Shown here: positions 25,345 through 37,937 of the stretch, one piece after another
Position numbering within the stretch: the first letter of the stretch is position 1
Layout of the letters: each line of letters opens with the position of its first letter
Assembly: GCA_964187785.1 (NCBI GenBank)
Contig: OZ076413.1
Span: 36,146,001-36,210,000, forward strand
DNA: 64,000 nucleotides
Direction of reading: 5' to 3'
Origin: Amphiscolops sp. MND2022
Taxonomy: Eukaryota
The notes under the pieces: model-generated
What the model was told of the DNA's origin: nothing
The model's database searches: none
The model's input: the letters and a program-made list of their open reading frames with translations, nothing else
Program-made: the position numbers and the translations under genes

Positions 25345-27260
25345 AATTATAGCAACAATATGTTTTGCTACACAAACATTTCGGTATCTTTAACCTCTTC
25401 TTTGAACAAACCATTCCCGTTTATCAAGCTGCGCGTGAGTAAAACTGCAATTTCGAGGGAAAAAGTTTCCCAAGCTGTGAGCCTCAAATTCATCGGTGCA
25501 GTCTCCTCTTCTGATAAATGCCCGCTTCTCGACCATATCTTGTTTAATGCAATCACGAATGTTGTTTTCTGCTAGTGCTAAATAGAGCGAGTCGGTGTCC
25601 ATTTCTAATTCTTCGAACTTGTTGTGGTCGCAGTACTTCTGGAAGAAATTGTAGTAAAGCTCCAGCATTCTTAGCTTAGCGTATTAAAGAATGAAGTGCC
25701 AAATGTTGGTTCCCGATGTTCTATATGTGCTTTATTAAGCTCGACTTCATAGACAGAATCATTGATGTAGCGAATATGTTTGAAAAAAGCCCTATTGATT
25801 GCACGGTCTTTTTTATGCAAGTATTTTGTCACTGTAAGCTTGCTGCGGTCCATTTTTTAGTAATCATGAGATTTGTTACTCAAGAACTTTCATAGTCTCT
25901 GCAATCACTGTGGACTTCTTGTTTCGATCACCCAGTTCTCGGGCCTCGACAATTGATTTTACAAATCCTTTGAACCACTTCTGTGGAAAGTATTCAAATT
26001 TTTGAATTTTTGTACACTCAAGACCCAGGTTCAGATAGAAGTTGAAAAGCGGTGTAATTAAGCTTCCGTTTTCCAAGTGAAAGCTGGAAATCAACATTTT
26101 GCTAGGATGTTGTAGCGAGCCATGATTCTCAGCATACATGTTCATGTACTCACTGATATCATCTCTACTGACGAAACATTTCTTGAAAATTGGGGGTAAC
26201 TGTTTGCAGTCATTTTGAAGACGCTTGGGTACTGATAAATCCCATTGAACATACCCAAAGATATATTATTTTTGATCTGTTACATGATTTGCTGTTCCGA
26301 TAATGGTTTGCGAAATGGGAAGTTTGTCCTCGATCTCTCTCTGATGTCCTTGTCTTCTTTAACTTGCTTCCACCAGCAGCATTCCCAAATTTCGATCACT
26401 TTGAATCCTTTCCCAATGATAGCTATATTTTTTGCTCCGAGTCATAGTTTTTACGCTTTTCCCAACATTTTCGAATTTCAGAAGTTACTCTCTTTCTGCT
26501 GACAACCACAACCATGATGAAAACGACAAATAGCTTCGAACACAGTGTCACAATATCCACAGATTTCGCCGACGCTGAAGTTTTTGATTCTGTATTGTTT
26601 TCCGGCAGTGTAGATACTTTCAATTGTACATTCAGGTCTTGTGTTCTGGAAATGATCCATCACGATATTCTAAAATCGTTGTCGTCGATTTTGAACGGGG
26701 TTTAAATTTTTTCAATTCAGCATCCATAACCCATCTAGTGTACAAACCAGTGGGCATTTCCTGACACATGGAAAACAGATAGAGCTGACTGGCGTCTACT
26801 ATTATGGTTCTAAACAAATTATCTGTAAACCGAATTTTAGTTTCACCTACAACTGCTTCACGTGTAAAAAGAATGGAAGGACCTCCCACCGTATCAGACT
26901 TGATTTTCTCCAAAAGATCTCTATCGTTTTTAGTGAAAAGGTAAAACTTTGCGGTTGTTGAACAATGTAGATGAATGTTTGCTAATTTTGGCAGAGTGTA
27001 CCCAAGTTTCAGCATGTCTATTTCGCGCTCATGATAAAACGCAAGGCTTAAAATGTCGGAACAACATCCTGGTTGTTGTACCGCTCGACGTTCTCTTCGA
27101 ATGTACTCATATTTTCTGTACTCCAGATCTTTTTCAAATAACTATAGTTTTCTGTTCCTGTTGGAGGAGCAGTGAAAATTTTCGTTTCTTTCAAGGCATC
27201 TTGTTTGGTGTAGCCACTGCATTACGATACATATGCCGCAAAAGTGGAATTTATCATCAA
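25345..27260 (-). pseudogene. Polinton/Maverick-type family-B DNA polymerase, C-terminal ~640 codons, degenerate
   Basis: YNNQDVVPT, DMLKLGYTLPKLAN, VGGPSILF, DASQLY..SMCQEMPTG (motif A), a Cys/His-containing insert (TVFEA..FHHGCGCQ), MLISSFHLENG, ETMKVLE, EMDTDSLYLAL, LCSKTYCCY. Confidence 0.92.
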
Positions 27261-27516
27261 GTGTAAACTGTATTTTCCGTAAACCGAGAGCGGACCATAT
27301 TCTAGTCAAACAGTGCACCGTGTCATGGATTGTGATGCACAGTGTAATCAGGAATTGCGGACTGTGATCATTGAGCGTACGTAATTAGACAAAAGTTGAA
27401 ACCAGTCACATTTCGGTACACACCGTGAGTAGAAATAACTCCAAACGATGCTTCCATTCATGTGTGAAGTGGAAACCAGTCAAAGTACGTAAATGTAGAG
27501 AGTGTAAAGTAGTCAT

Positions 27517-29154
27517 TTACTGTATTTTGATCACTACGCGTAACGCCAAATCACAGTGTAACGAGCAAAACGTGGGTTTGTTTTTATTCAAGGTTTTTAG
27601 ATGTCTCTTGCATTCATATAGACTAATAGGATGAAACGTGAAAGGTGCGCTAGTTTTCGAATCGTGTGAGTTTTCAGTGTAGGGTTTCTGTTTTCCTAAA
27701 TAGTCGCCTAGTTTTGAAAACCTATAATTGAGTAAATTAGCTATTTTTGTTTGGTCAGTTACGAGATCGCCGAATGAGTTCCGTAAACTGTTTATTTCGG
27801 TCTTTGTCTTCTTACAATTACGGGCTTCATTTATAAAATTCCATTTGTCTTTGTCACTTTCAAGATTGTTAAAAACTTTGAGCTGGTCCTGAAATCGATT
27901 TTCTTCAAAATTGTCAAGAAATTGATTATGTACTTTTTGGTAGTTCACGTCATTGGGATCCATATTTAGTCTCATTTTATCATAGAGTTACATAGTTTCA
28001 GCAGTTATCCATTTTTTGTGGAGCCATAGTTCATTTTTATCGTTACGAATGAAAACTTTTCTTTTTTGTACGCATTTTCTTAAAGCATTTTCAAAAATGT
28101 CAGTGAACGCTGAAATCATTCCTTCAGCGCAATTTTGATTATAGAAGTTACTCCAATCCGAATCTGAGAGATGGTTTCTCAAAACTTCAGGACGGTAATT
28201 CCGTTTATCGAAGATTTCTTTTATTGTTACTCGTGCTTGAGGTTTCATTTTTATGTTTGTAATTGCCGATGTAGCACGATGGTCCACTTCCGTTTTTTTC
28301 AAGGTTCTTAGTGGGGTGTCAGATACGTATGTGACTGCACCTTCTATCATTGGCAGATCTGAAATTATGTAGTCTACGAGTGATTTTGAAGTAGGTCCTA
28401 TTCGCGTTGGTTCTGTTGTGTTAAGAATATGAAAGCCGTAAGGAATTGTTATTGTTTCTAGGCATTGACGTTCTTTATGGTTAAAAAAATTAATGTTGAA
28501 GTCGTCCATGACAGTGATTGGTTTATTTTCAACGATAGCTATATCGATGCTAGTTGATAATTCTTCCAGAAAAGGATCTATCAAAGATTTCGAAGGATTG
28601 TAGCTAATATTGATGAGCTGTCTGTTTTTATTTGTAGGATCAATATTGAAATTACATTCAACCCAAAGACTTTCAAACTGGTTTTTATTCATGCAATTTA
28701 GGTCATTTCGTGACTTTGAGTTCAATGTTTTTGGTATTATAAGCATAACTCCGCCTCCTTTTGTTTTGTTACCGAGTTTTCTATCGGACCTAAATGTTTT
28801 GAAGCGGTCTTTGTTCAATTCCCAAAGTTTTTGATCATTAGATTCTTTCAACCAAGTTTCGGATAATCCGTATACTGTGTTGTCTCCTAGGCCATTCAAG
28901 ATGATCTGTATTTGTTCTTTTTTCTGTACGATACTTTGGCAATTGGCATGGAAAAATTTGGTATTCTTCGGTGCTTTTAGGAATTCTTGCGAAAGTTTTT
29001 TGAAGTTTACGGTCGGTCCAGGGTTCATTTCGATATCTCCCGAACCTAATAAGCGTTTGATTATGATTGAGTAAAGACCAGTCACTTTCACGGGCCACTT
29101 GAACAAACGTTTTTTCACAGTAAAATTTAGAAAGAGTGTGGAAAGTTGGAGCAT
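27517..29154 (-). pseudogene. LINE ORF2: apurinic-like endonuclease plus linker, RT missing
   Basis: HANCQSI, GLSETWL, RSDR..KGGGVMLI, ESLWVE, DDFNIN, PTRI, SLVDYI; then WNFINE and KIANLLNYRFSKLG after a 1-nt frameshift near 27988. Confidence 0.9.
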
Positions 29155-29348
29155 CTAAGTAGTTATATAAAACATCAGTTTCATGGCTGGCTGGAACATT
29201 AATAGCACTAGAAAAAAACTTAATCGAAACACAGAAAAGTATTAGAACTGAAATGAGAAATTTCCGCCATACAATTCGCATTTCGATTTTTATTGAAATT
29301 ATAGATCAGAGAAGATGATCTGAGCCATTTTGTTACCCTATTGAATCC

Positions 29349-30350
29349 TCAGAAACTTCTCATGTAATTATAGCTCTGTTGGTTGTTGGTAAATCTAAAT
29401 GGCTGCTGGTTAAAATTTTGATTGCTTCTATTTGTATATCTTCTGTCATTGTAGTACTGATTTCGTCTCCAGTGGCTTTGTTGACCAGTTACTTTCAAAT
29501 TCCCATCACTAGTGAGTAGTAGGAAGGATAATAGAGTGTTCTTCAGGAGAGGTAGGCCGAGGTGGTCGTTGAAATGGATATCATCATATAGTAGTGCATT
29601 GTAGTTATCCATAGTTCTCATTGTTGCAGCTAGGGGTACTAGGACTGTTTTCAATTCTTGTACATTTTCACTACTAAAGTGTTTCATTTTCTCATTGTAT
29701 TGTTCGTATCCGTTGGTTTGCTGCTTCATTTGCCCGTGATGCTCGTATTGGAGGTACCTCACGTAATAGAATTTTGTCAGGACTGAATTTCGAGTGTACT
29801 TCGCGTACAAGAGTGTGATAACCTTCAAAGAGTGCATCTATTGATTCCTTTTCATTTTTCAAAATACTGTTCGTACCATCTTGTATTGCCACTGTTTTTA
29901 GTTGTTTTTCAGGTACTTCGTTAGAACGCTATGTTTTTCTTCAGTAGTTGATCCAGGATATGCGTGGATACCAATGTCAGTAGGTATGCTATTATCGTCA
30001 ACAATTCGTTTTACCAAACTGCTCCCAATTACCAACTTTTTTACTTCAGGTTTGAGGAAAATTGGTTGAAACTCTCTAACCTTTCGTTCTGGTATGTTAC
30101 CTGTACTTTTGTCGTTTCTCCCTGTTGAAGAACCCAAGTTTTCCAGCTTGCTTTCCAGGTTTGTAATAAAAGTAGAAATTATTCGATCTTTTTCTTCATA
30201 TTTTTCGTAAATTGACGTGTATAGTTTGTACGCTTCTGCTTTAGAAAGGCTTTGAAAAGCTGCTGAAGATAACATAGTGTTGTCTGTAAGGCTTGCTGAA
30301 TGTCGAAGTAAATATTCCGAAAATCCAATGTAACAAAAATTGAGGCTCAT
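29349..30350 (-). pseudogene. LINE ORF1 with SGNH/GDSL esterase-like domain, frameshifted
   Basis: SGNH-like blocks VIGSSLV, YPGSTT, QDGTNSI, EVPPI and YDDIHF. Possible coiled-coil N-terminus. Frameshifts near 29895 and 29700. Confidence 0.75.
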
Positions 30351-30405
30351 GAAATTTTAGCTACGGTAATAATATTGCATAATCTGTTTTAAGGTCAACT
30401 GTATT

Positions 30406-30650
30406 GTAATGGTTTCGGTCGTTGTGTGATAATGGTTTCGGTCGTTGTGTGTAATGGTTTCGATCGTTGTGTGTAATGGTTTCGGTCGTTGTGTGTAATG
30501 GTTTCGGTCGTTGTGTGTAATGGTTTCGGTCGTTGTGTGTAATGGTTTCGGTCGTTGTGTGTAATGGTTTCGGTCGTTGTGTGTAATGGTTTCGGTCGTT
30601 GTGTGTAATGGTTTCGGTCGTTGTGTGTAATGGTTTCGGTCGTTGTGTGT
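30406..30650. repeat. 22-bp minisatellite, 11 copies (GTAATGGTTTCGGTCGTTGTGT)
   Basis: AATGGTTTC recurs at 30408, 30431, 30453 ... 30629. Lies just upstream of LINE ORF1. Confidence 0.97.
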
Positions 30651-33153
30651 ATACCAGAGTTGTTGTTCCCAAAATGTGTCGCGGTGTAAGTTGGCAGTTC
30701 AATAAGCCTCTGCTTGACGTAGTCCTCCCCAAAATAATGTTTTTAATATATTTTTCATTTCCTAAAACCTATTACGGAGTAAAAGGACAAGAGTTTCCAA
30801 TGTCTTCAAAATATTCTCATTGAAACATTTCTACGTTGTCGTTAGTTTTTCTCAAACACCTTTCACAATTTTAATCGTTTTAGCACGATTTTAAGAGCTT
30901 TTCAATAGAATGGAGAAATATCAAAAACAGAGATGTACTGATAAGCGTGGCAGATTAATCACCAATGGAATTAGCAATATTTGTCATCGACACAAGTGAA
31001 ACCAATGACTAAGTGACTGTCATAATTCACAGTTATAAACGATTTGAGTACAGTTCTTGTAAAAAATTATGTAACAAAAGTATACAAAGACTAACAACGT
31101 CTAGCTTTGAATGCTTGTTGTCTCGCATGGAACTACACCCTGGAACTACTCTGAGGCAGTTTTTTTGGAAAGAACGTGCAACCAAATCGAAGGAAAAAAT
31201 TTTAAAAAGTAATTAAAACGGGAGCACCAACGGGCTTTGTTGTTTGTTTTCAGAAATGATAGCCTTCAAGATTGACGCAAGGTCTACTTGGAAGGCTATC
31301 GTGGGTGTTAAAGATGATCAATGGCCGAAAATATGAAATCCAGCAAGTAAGCCGTCAATCAGTACCCCCAGCTATCGAAAATATTAAAGTCCTTGAAATC
31401 AATGTTGTCCTTTTTTTGGAACATTTTCCGGTCAAAATGGACAACTTCCGGTCAAGGGGGTAACTTCCGGCAGGAGAGTGGTGTTAATTACGGTCTCTGT
31501 GAATGTCTCTTACGGGTCACCAGTTCACTAGCACTTCATTCTGATAATGAATCATAGTACTTAGGCGACCGAAATGTGATCTCATTAAGGATCACAATGT
31601 GAAAAAACGTCAAAAAGGAGGGCTTTGACGCTGTTTCCGGTCATTGCGGTACCCACTAATGGCTAACATATGTTCACCAAGTTGCGCCCAGGTAATACTT
31701 CAACTTTGATTCCCTGATAGCGCCCTTAAAACGACTACTTTCCGATGAAAATAACACTTTTTGTATAAAAACAAAAATTGTCATTTCGGGTCTCAGCGGG
31801 TGATGGGTGTGAAAACATCTTTTCATCTGTTACACCTCATTGTGCTCGACAAAAATCCACGGCTTCATGCGCAAAATTGGCATTCAGCAGCTGCTGCGGA
31901 TCACAATTTCAAAGCATGCTCAAAATCAATAAGCTAGACTGTTTCGACTAGCTATAATGTGGTTACTCTCATATACCAGAAACACTGTCATGTTTGTACA
32001 GCGCAACGTTATTTCTAGGTGCGGGTTGCGACAGATTTTTAAATGAGTAAACACGCCCGTGCACTTTTATTGCAAAGTATGCTGTAGTGTAATAAACTCG
32101 TACTATTAAATTGACGGTCCGACTTTCATGTTTATTCAGCTTGATAGTTTGTTGATCTGTCCGACCTACAAAGTGTCTTATTAAATGGTGACTCAACATG
32201 AAATAGTATCAATTTTTTATTGAGCACACCTTTGCATATTCATCTGGGTAACATGTTACAACCGACTGACTTCGAACTCAGATACAAAACTTCGGGGTCT
32301 TTTTTTGTCTAATCAGAGTGTCGTTCTTGTTTAGGTTGAGTGAATTACAATGCCGCATTAAATTCAAACCGCAACTTCAAAGGGTTATAAGGACAATTAA
32401 CTACGCCCATGCATAGCAATTGAACAGATTCAAGAACGCAACTGATAACAATCCGTCGGCGACACTTTCAAGCCTTCCACGCTGACACACTTTCATCCGG
32501 AGCAGCTTCGATCTTGTTTCATAAAGTTGACTCATATTGAAAACAAAGAAAAGTTCACGCTCCACGAAAGAAAGACTGCGAGAAAACTGCTGTGCAACAA
32601 GCGATCAAAAATCTTTCCTGTCTGCGTCTTTCAAGCCTTCAAACCTAGACGTTGTTAGTCTCTGTATACTATTGTTACGTAATTTTTTACAAGAACTGTA
32701 CTGAAATCGTTCATAACTGTGAATAATGACAGTCACTTAGTCATTGGTTTCACTTGTGTCGATGACAAATATTGCTAATTCCATTTCGTAAGTTTAGTTG
32801 TCACTTCTAATAAATGATACGATTCATTCGGTTTGTTATTGGTGATTATTCTGCCACGATTATCAGTACCTCTCTGTTTTTGATATTTCTCCATTCTACT
32901 GAAAAGCTCTGAAAATTGTGCTGAAACGATGAAAATTGTGAAAGGTGTTTGAGAAAAACTAACGACAATGTACAAATGTTTCAACGAGAATATTTTGAAG
33001 ACATTGGAAACTCTTGTCATTTTACTCCGTAATATGTTTTAGGAAATGAAAAATATCAAAAACATTATTTTGGGGAGGACTACGTCAAGCAGAGGCTTTT
33101 TTAACTGTCAACTTATACCTCGACACATTTTGGGAACAACAACTCTGGGATAC
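30651..33153. mobile_element. ~2.5 kb element with ~480-bp terminal inverted repeats (30651-31120 vs ~32630-33153), non-coding core
   Basis: CCAGAGTTGTTGTTCCCAAAATGTGTC at left and its reverse complement at right, with similarity throughout both arms. TSD unclear (possibly TA). Confidence 0.65.
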
Positions 33154-33231
33154 TTTCATCAAATCATTGACTAAAACTATATTTACCGCCTGCTTCTAAA
33201 TTACTGAAGAGGGCGTTTATTTTTGTCTCAG

Positions 33232-33810
33232 ATGCCGTCTCTAAATAGAAACAAAGCAATTGAATGTGATATTGTGGGAAAAAGTTGTTAAAAAACTCAT
33301 TTCACGTCACAAAAAGTGTAAGAATGGTACACTGTTTCGTCCAGAAAGTCCTACTTTTGCTGCGAAAACGGCAAAAATACTGGATTATCACAGAGTGACA
33401 AAACATGGGAGAAAACCTAAAGTTTCTTGACATGCAGTGAGTGTAAGCTCAACTTCCACATTTTCTACGCCCTTCGCAAGCATAAACAGATTTTTCACAA
33501 AATTAGGAAACAGCCCCCTGAGCCTGTTTCGGTTGAGATTGATTTGGACACAATCATGGGTGATCACGCAAGTCGAGAGCTTCGGGACGAACTTAACAGT
33601 GCGAAGCACTTTCTTGTTGACTCAGAAACGATTCGAGGAGAAAGTTTTCAACTTTGCTGTAGCCGAATTGAATCCGCAACTGATAGCCGATAAACTCAGA
33701 ACAGTCTTTTCAAAACTTGACAGTGCAGCCATTATAAATGTTAGCTTGGTTTTGTCCTCCGCAATTTAGAGACGGGTAAATACCGCTACTATTATGCTCA
33801 TAAAAATTCG
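33232..33810 (+). pseudogene. N-terminal zinc-finger region of a Polinton-type PolB ORF, degenerate
   Basis: MPSLNRNK, CSECKLNFHIFYALRKHKQIFH (C2H2-like), LRDELNSAKHFLVDSE, KVFNFAVAELN, YRYYYAHKN. Confidence 0.65.
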
Positions 33811-34032
33811 CCATTTGGTAACTAAAATTGGTTTTGTAGATTTGGTAACTAAATTTGGTCAAGGAACTATAAAATAGTCAAGTAACTATACAAAATAGTC
33901 TAGTAGTTAAAATAGTCAAGTGATGGAGATCGTATAGATTTGGCAGAATTTAGAAAAAAAACGCAACACAGATCATGATATTCCTCCCACTATATATGTG
34001 GGCGGAAAATATTAAAGCACCAGGTTTTGATG

Positions 34033-35460
34033 TCAATACTGCAGAGGTGTTTTTACCGAAATTCTCAGTTCAGTATTATCTGAATTGATCAACCGATCAT
34101 TTGAGCACGGGCTCTTCCCGGATTGTCTAAAACTCGCTAAGGTCACACCAATCCCGAAAAGTGGCAACAACAGAGAAGTTAGCAACTTTCGACCTATTTC
34201 CATGTTGTTTTCAAAAAGTTGTTTCAAAAGTTGTTGTTTGAAATGAGAGCAAGGTGCACTCGAGTGTACTCTTTGAGCGTTTCAATCGCTTCAAAAGTTC
34301 TCAGTTTGGCTAGCGCTGAAAAAGATCTACCGTCGATGCAATCATTCTAATAATTGACAAAATTTGTGATGACAAGTTTTTCTGTAATTGTTTACTCCTC
34401 GACCTCAGCAAAGCGTTTGACCCCATCAATCATGAACTTTTGATCATGTAAATAGAGCGGCATGGAATAAGAGGTCCTGCCCTAAAATCGTTTTAATCAT
34501 ACCTCGAAGGACGGAAGCAGTTTGCTCAGATCAATGAAACGATGTCTCAACCAAAGCTTTTGAGCACCAGCGTCCCGCAGGGCTCGATTGTGGGACCTTT
34601 GTTGTATCTAATTTAATTGAACGATCCGGAAGACATATGTACGTTTTTCCCCGACATTTTTTGCAGATGATACAAATCTTCGAATTTCTGCATCAATTGC
34701 TGATTATAATGAAGATCAAATTAACTATGAGCTTGCCGTTATCGAAGAATGGTTCAAAATGTATAAATCGATAATGAATGTATCGAAAACGAAAAAAAGT
34801 TTCCGTATTCGATTATGTATCGGCTTATTTCTTCAGAATTTGCTTCTTGAAGAAACTGAATCTTTGAAATACCTAGGTGTTACATTAGACAAAAGCTTCA
34901 GTTTTAACAAACACATCAAAGGTATGTCGAGGAAACTAGGAAAGCATATTGCCACTGTTTTGATATTGCGGCATTTTGTTGCCCGAGAAATTTTGCTTAG
35001 CTATTATATGATTTATATGAAACTTGTGATACAATACGGAATACCTGTTTTTGAGGGAACATCTTTTGGTAAACTTCAAAACTTAAGCTGTTTTTCAAAC
35101 GTTATACCGATAATATCGATGCGGAATTATATATGAACAACGTTCTTGCAGTGAAACAATTATATTTCTTTGAGATCGTCAAGTTTGCAGTAAAAAGTAT
35201 AAGAGAAGAACTAGCCATTGAAGATACTAACAATATGTTCGTAACCATCGATCATACACGAAACACAAGATGTACGGTACATAGTAATTCCGTTTTATCG
35301 CTTACGAAAAACAACTGAAAAGTTTTCATTGAAATATCGTGGATCAAAAGTCCTAAGTCTCTTGACTGACATGCTGTTAATCCCTTCCGACATTTTGGGA
35401 AAAGTTTCCACATCAGGTCCATGATGTAATTCACAACCTCAAGGAGTTCCTCAAAAACTT
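34033..35460 (+). pseudogene. LINE reverse transcriptase remnant
   Basis: LSELINRSFEHGLFPDCLKLAKVTPIPK, NFRPISML, LDLSKAFD, VPQGSIVGP, FADDT, KYLGVTLDKSFSF; many stops and frameshifts. Confidence 0.92.
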
Positions 35461-36985
35461 ACTCGATCACGCCGTTGAAGATATTTTGCGATAAGCCAAG
35501 ATATGAAAGCCCAACTAGAGACATTGGTAAACCACCAATTGGTATGGTTGATGATTGAGCAACATCGCTCGTAAGAAGTTTCCAAGAATGAGTTGCCAGA
35601 TTTCTCTTATCGGGAAAATTTTTTTTGGTGGAAGTAATCGAATTCTCAGCCTAAGTGATACCCTATGCTCAAATTTTTAGTGGCTGAAAAGTGTTATTTC
35701 CAGGGCTACCCCAATTAAGAGGGAACCCTTTATTCCCTTCCAAAATTACTGCTGATTGTTTTTGATTTTTTCTTTTTTTTTTACAATGAAAACTGCCATA
35801 CATGCCTTCAGTTTTACGACCTTGGACACAGGTCCCGATATCGAGGTACATCGCCGTCGCTTTCCAACCTGAAAACAATATTTTCTCATTGAAAAATACC
35901 ACCTCAAATAATGAATTATACTACTGAATTATCAAGAAACCTGAAATAGTTTAATTTTTTTTCTCATTTAGAGTCCGACTGGATTGGCATTGTTATGCTG
36001 TTCGGGCCCCCTTCAAACGTGATTGCTACTGATTCGACGTATCAGATTTATGTTTTCCTATGTTTTGAAGAAACTATAATAATTATTTTATGCTGAAACT
36101 TGTGAAAAGTACTTTCACTGCTCTCTTTCCCATAAAAAGTTCGATAAAACATTTTACCTTCCATGTTTTTGTGTTAATGTGTTTTAGAAGCTGTGAAACA
36201 AATGAACCCATTTTGATTTTCCATTGGTTTTTAATGATTAATCTGTTTTTTTGTTAGTATAACAGCACACAGACTAAACCCCCCATTTTGGGTTTTCCCG
36301 TGTCTTCCTTTCGGTTTGATCGAAAAGAAGGGTTGATTGCAACGCAGAATCTCTGAACGAGGAAAGTTGAATATAAATTCATTTTAGCTTGCGGTCTAGT
36401 TTTCAATTTCGATTATCCCCCAGTTTAGTTTGTGTCTTTCAATGTTCTCTTAGTTCTTTCATTGCTTCTACTTACAGGAGTTCGCAGTTTTCTGATGACG
36501 TAAATGCTTTTCACTTTTCTGTACAGGAAATACTGAAGATGCAACTCTATGCTCTCAATTACCATGGGAACTCTTTTTCTCTTGCCTAGACAATGTTGAA
36601 AGCATTTTTTGACACAGCATTCATCTAATCCCAGCCTTTGTGTTGTTTTACTCAATTGCTTTACGTTTCCTGCCATTAGGCTGTGAGATGTTCCAGTTCA
36701 AGCGGCTACCTCCTGTTTGTCATATGCGAATTAAACTGAATGTTGGTAACGGATGTCCCATGCTGACAAATAACCACATAACAGCTCAGTTTACAGGATG
36801 CGTCATTTTAGTAGAAGCTCGACTTGAAAGCAGGCTGAATTTCATGCTGATCATGTTGATCGATTTTTTGCATGTCAATCCAGGAAACAATTTACAAAGC
36901 TCCAAGAGACTCTGCTATAGTTTTGGTTAAGTGACAATTGGGCCCGATCCTGTTGATTCAGATGAATTTCGTCTCCTGTCTATTA

Positions 36986-37132
36986 TTTTCGACTGTACAC
37001 GAAATTACCTAAATATTGTCACAAAATACAAAACTAAGCATTTTTCGAGGGAATTTAATTAAATTCCCTCAAAAAATGCTTAGTTTTGTATTTTGTGACA
37101 ATATTTAGGTAATTTCGTGTACAGTCGAAAAC
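36986..37132. repeat. 147-bp near-perfect palindrome
   Basis: TTTTCGACTGTACACGAAATTACC...GAGGGAATTTAATTAAATTCCCTC...GTGTACAGTCGAAAA. Confidence 0.93.
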
Positions 37133-37937
37133 GCCGCGGTAATCTTGTAGCTAATTTCCTCGCCCCTAATTAAGCCTAATTGAAGAAGCATAGACTAATT
37201 TTTTTGTTGGTTCATTGGGCGGACTTATTATCTAAGGATTCTAGCAAGTATTCCTGTAATTTTTCTTCAGTCTTACAATTCCGTCGAGAAAAACGACAAT
37301 ACAATAAACAAAATATCGTTGCGGTTTCTACTGATTCTATATCCTCGACAGTGATTTCGTCCTCAAATGACTGCAATTTTTTGGCAATCAATGAAATAAT
37401 TAGGAAACGCAAAAAGAATGTAGGAAAACGAAAATTTGTCCTTCTTATCGACAATCTAGTGAATTATCTGGGGTGAGTTGTTATTTGTGTCAATATAACT
37501 GTTTTTGAGCCACCGGCAAAAAGTAACTGGAAAAAAGTGATAATTTTCTAGAAAACTGAGCAACTGTTTGTCAAGTCTGTCCCACTCTAATAACACAGCA
37601 GGCCACCGTTGAAAACGCAAATAGAAGTTTTTTCAATGAAGCTTCAGTTGAGTTTGACGGGCATTTGAAAGGCTCGATGGATACCGGCCCGCGCCACCGG
37701 GGTGGAGCTCTCACCCGAACAAGTGGCGTCAACTCCCAGCCTAACTAGTGTGCATTTGAAAGCTTATGTAAAGGGCGTTCAGGAGCGGAAATACTGAGCT
37801 GCTGCTTTTTTTCGTGGAGAAATGAAGCTTTGAAAAAAAATTGCCTAATTTTTGTCAATTTTTTGACTCCTCGGTGAACTGTGGAGGTTATGAAGCCGGT
37901 GCGTTTTAACGACTTATCTTGACATAATTTTTTTTAG

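Larger units (their letters stand above)
4002..26025 (+). repeat. Tandem array of five chimeric units: U1 4002-7388, U2 7389-10766, U3 10767-13547, U4 13548-24457 (includes 8 kb provirus), U5 24458-26025 (partial)
   Basis: The anchor GAA(T/G)TTAGCAGTATTCATC recurs at 4002, 7389, 10767, 13548 and 24458. Near-identical ORFs recur (4420, 7806, 11166, 13956, 24876). Confidence 0.95.
27517..30650 (-). mobile_element. Non-LTR retrotransposon (CR1/L2-like): 5' end with tandem monomers, ORF1 and APE endonuclease; 3'-truncated before RT
   Basis: ORF1 29349-30350 and ORF2 27517-29154 on the minus strand; see the two entries below. Confidence 0.88.

Noticed and set aside
30406-30650. CRISPR-like array, and the 123-aa ORF 30361-30732
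   Set aside because: The repeats are contiguous with no unique spacers and the context is eukaryotic. The ORF is just the translation of a 22-bp minisatellite.
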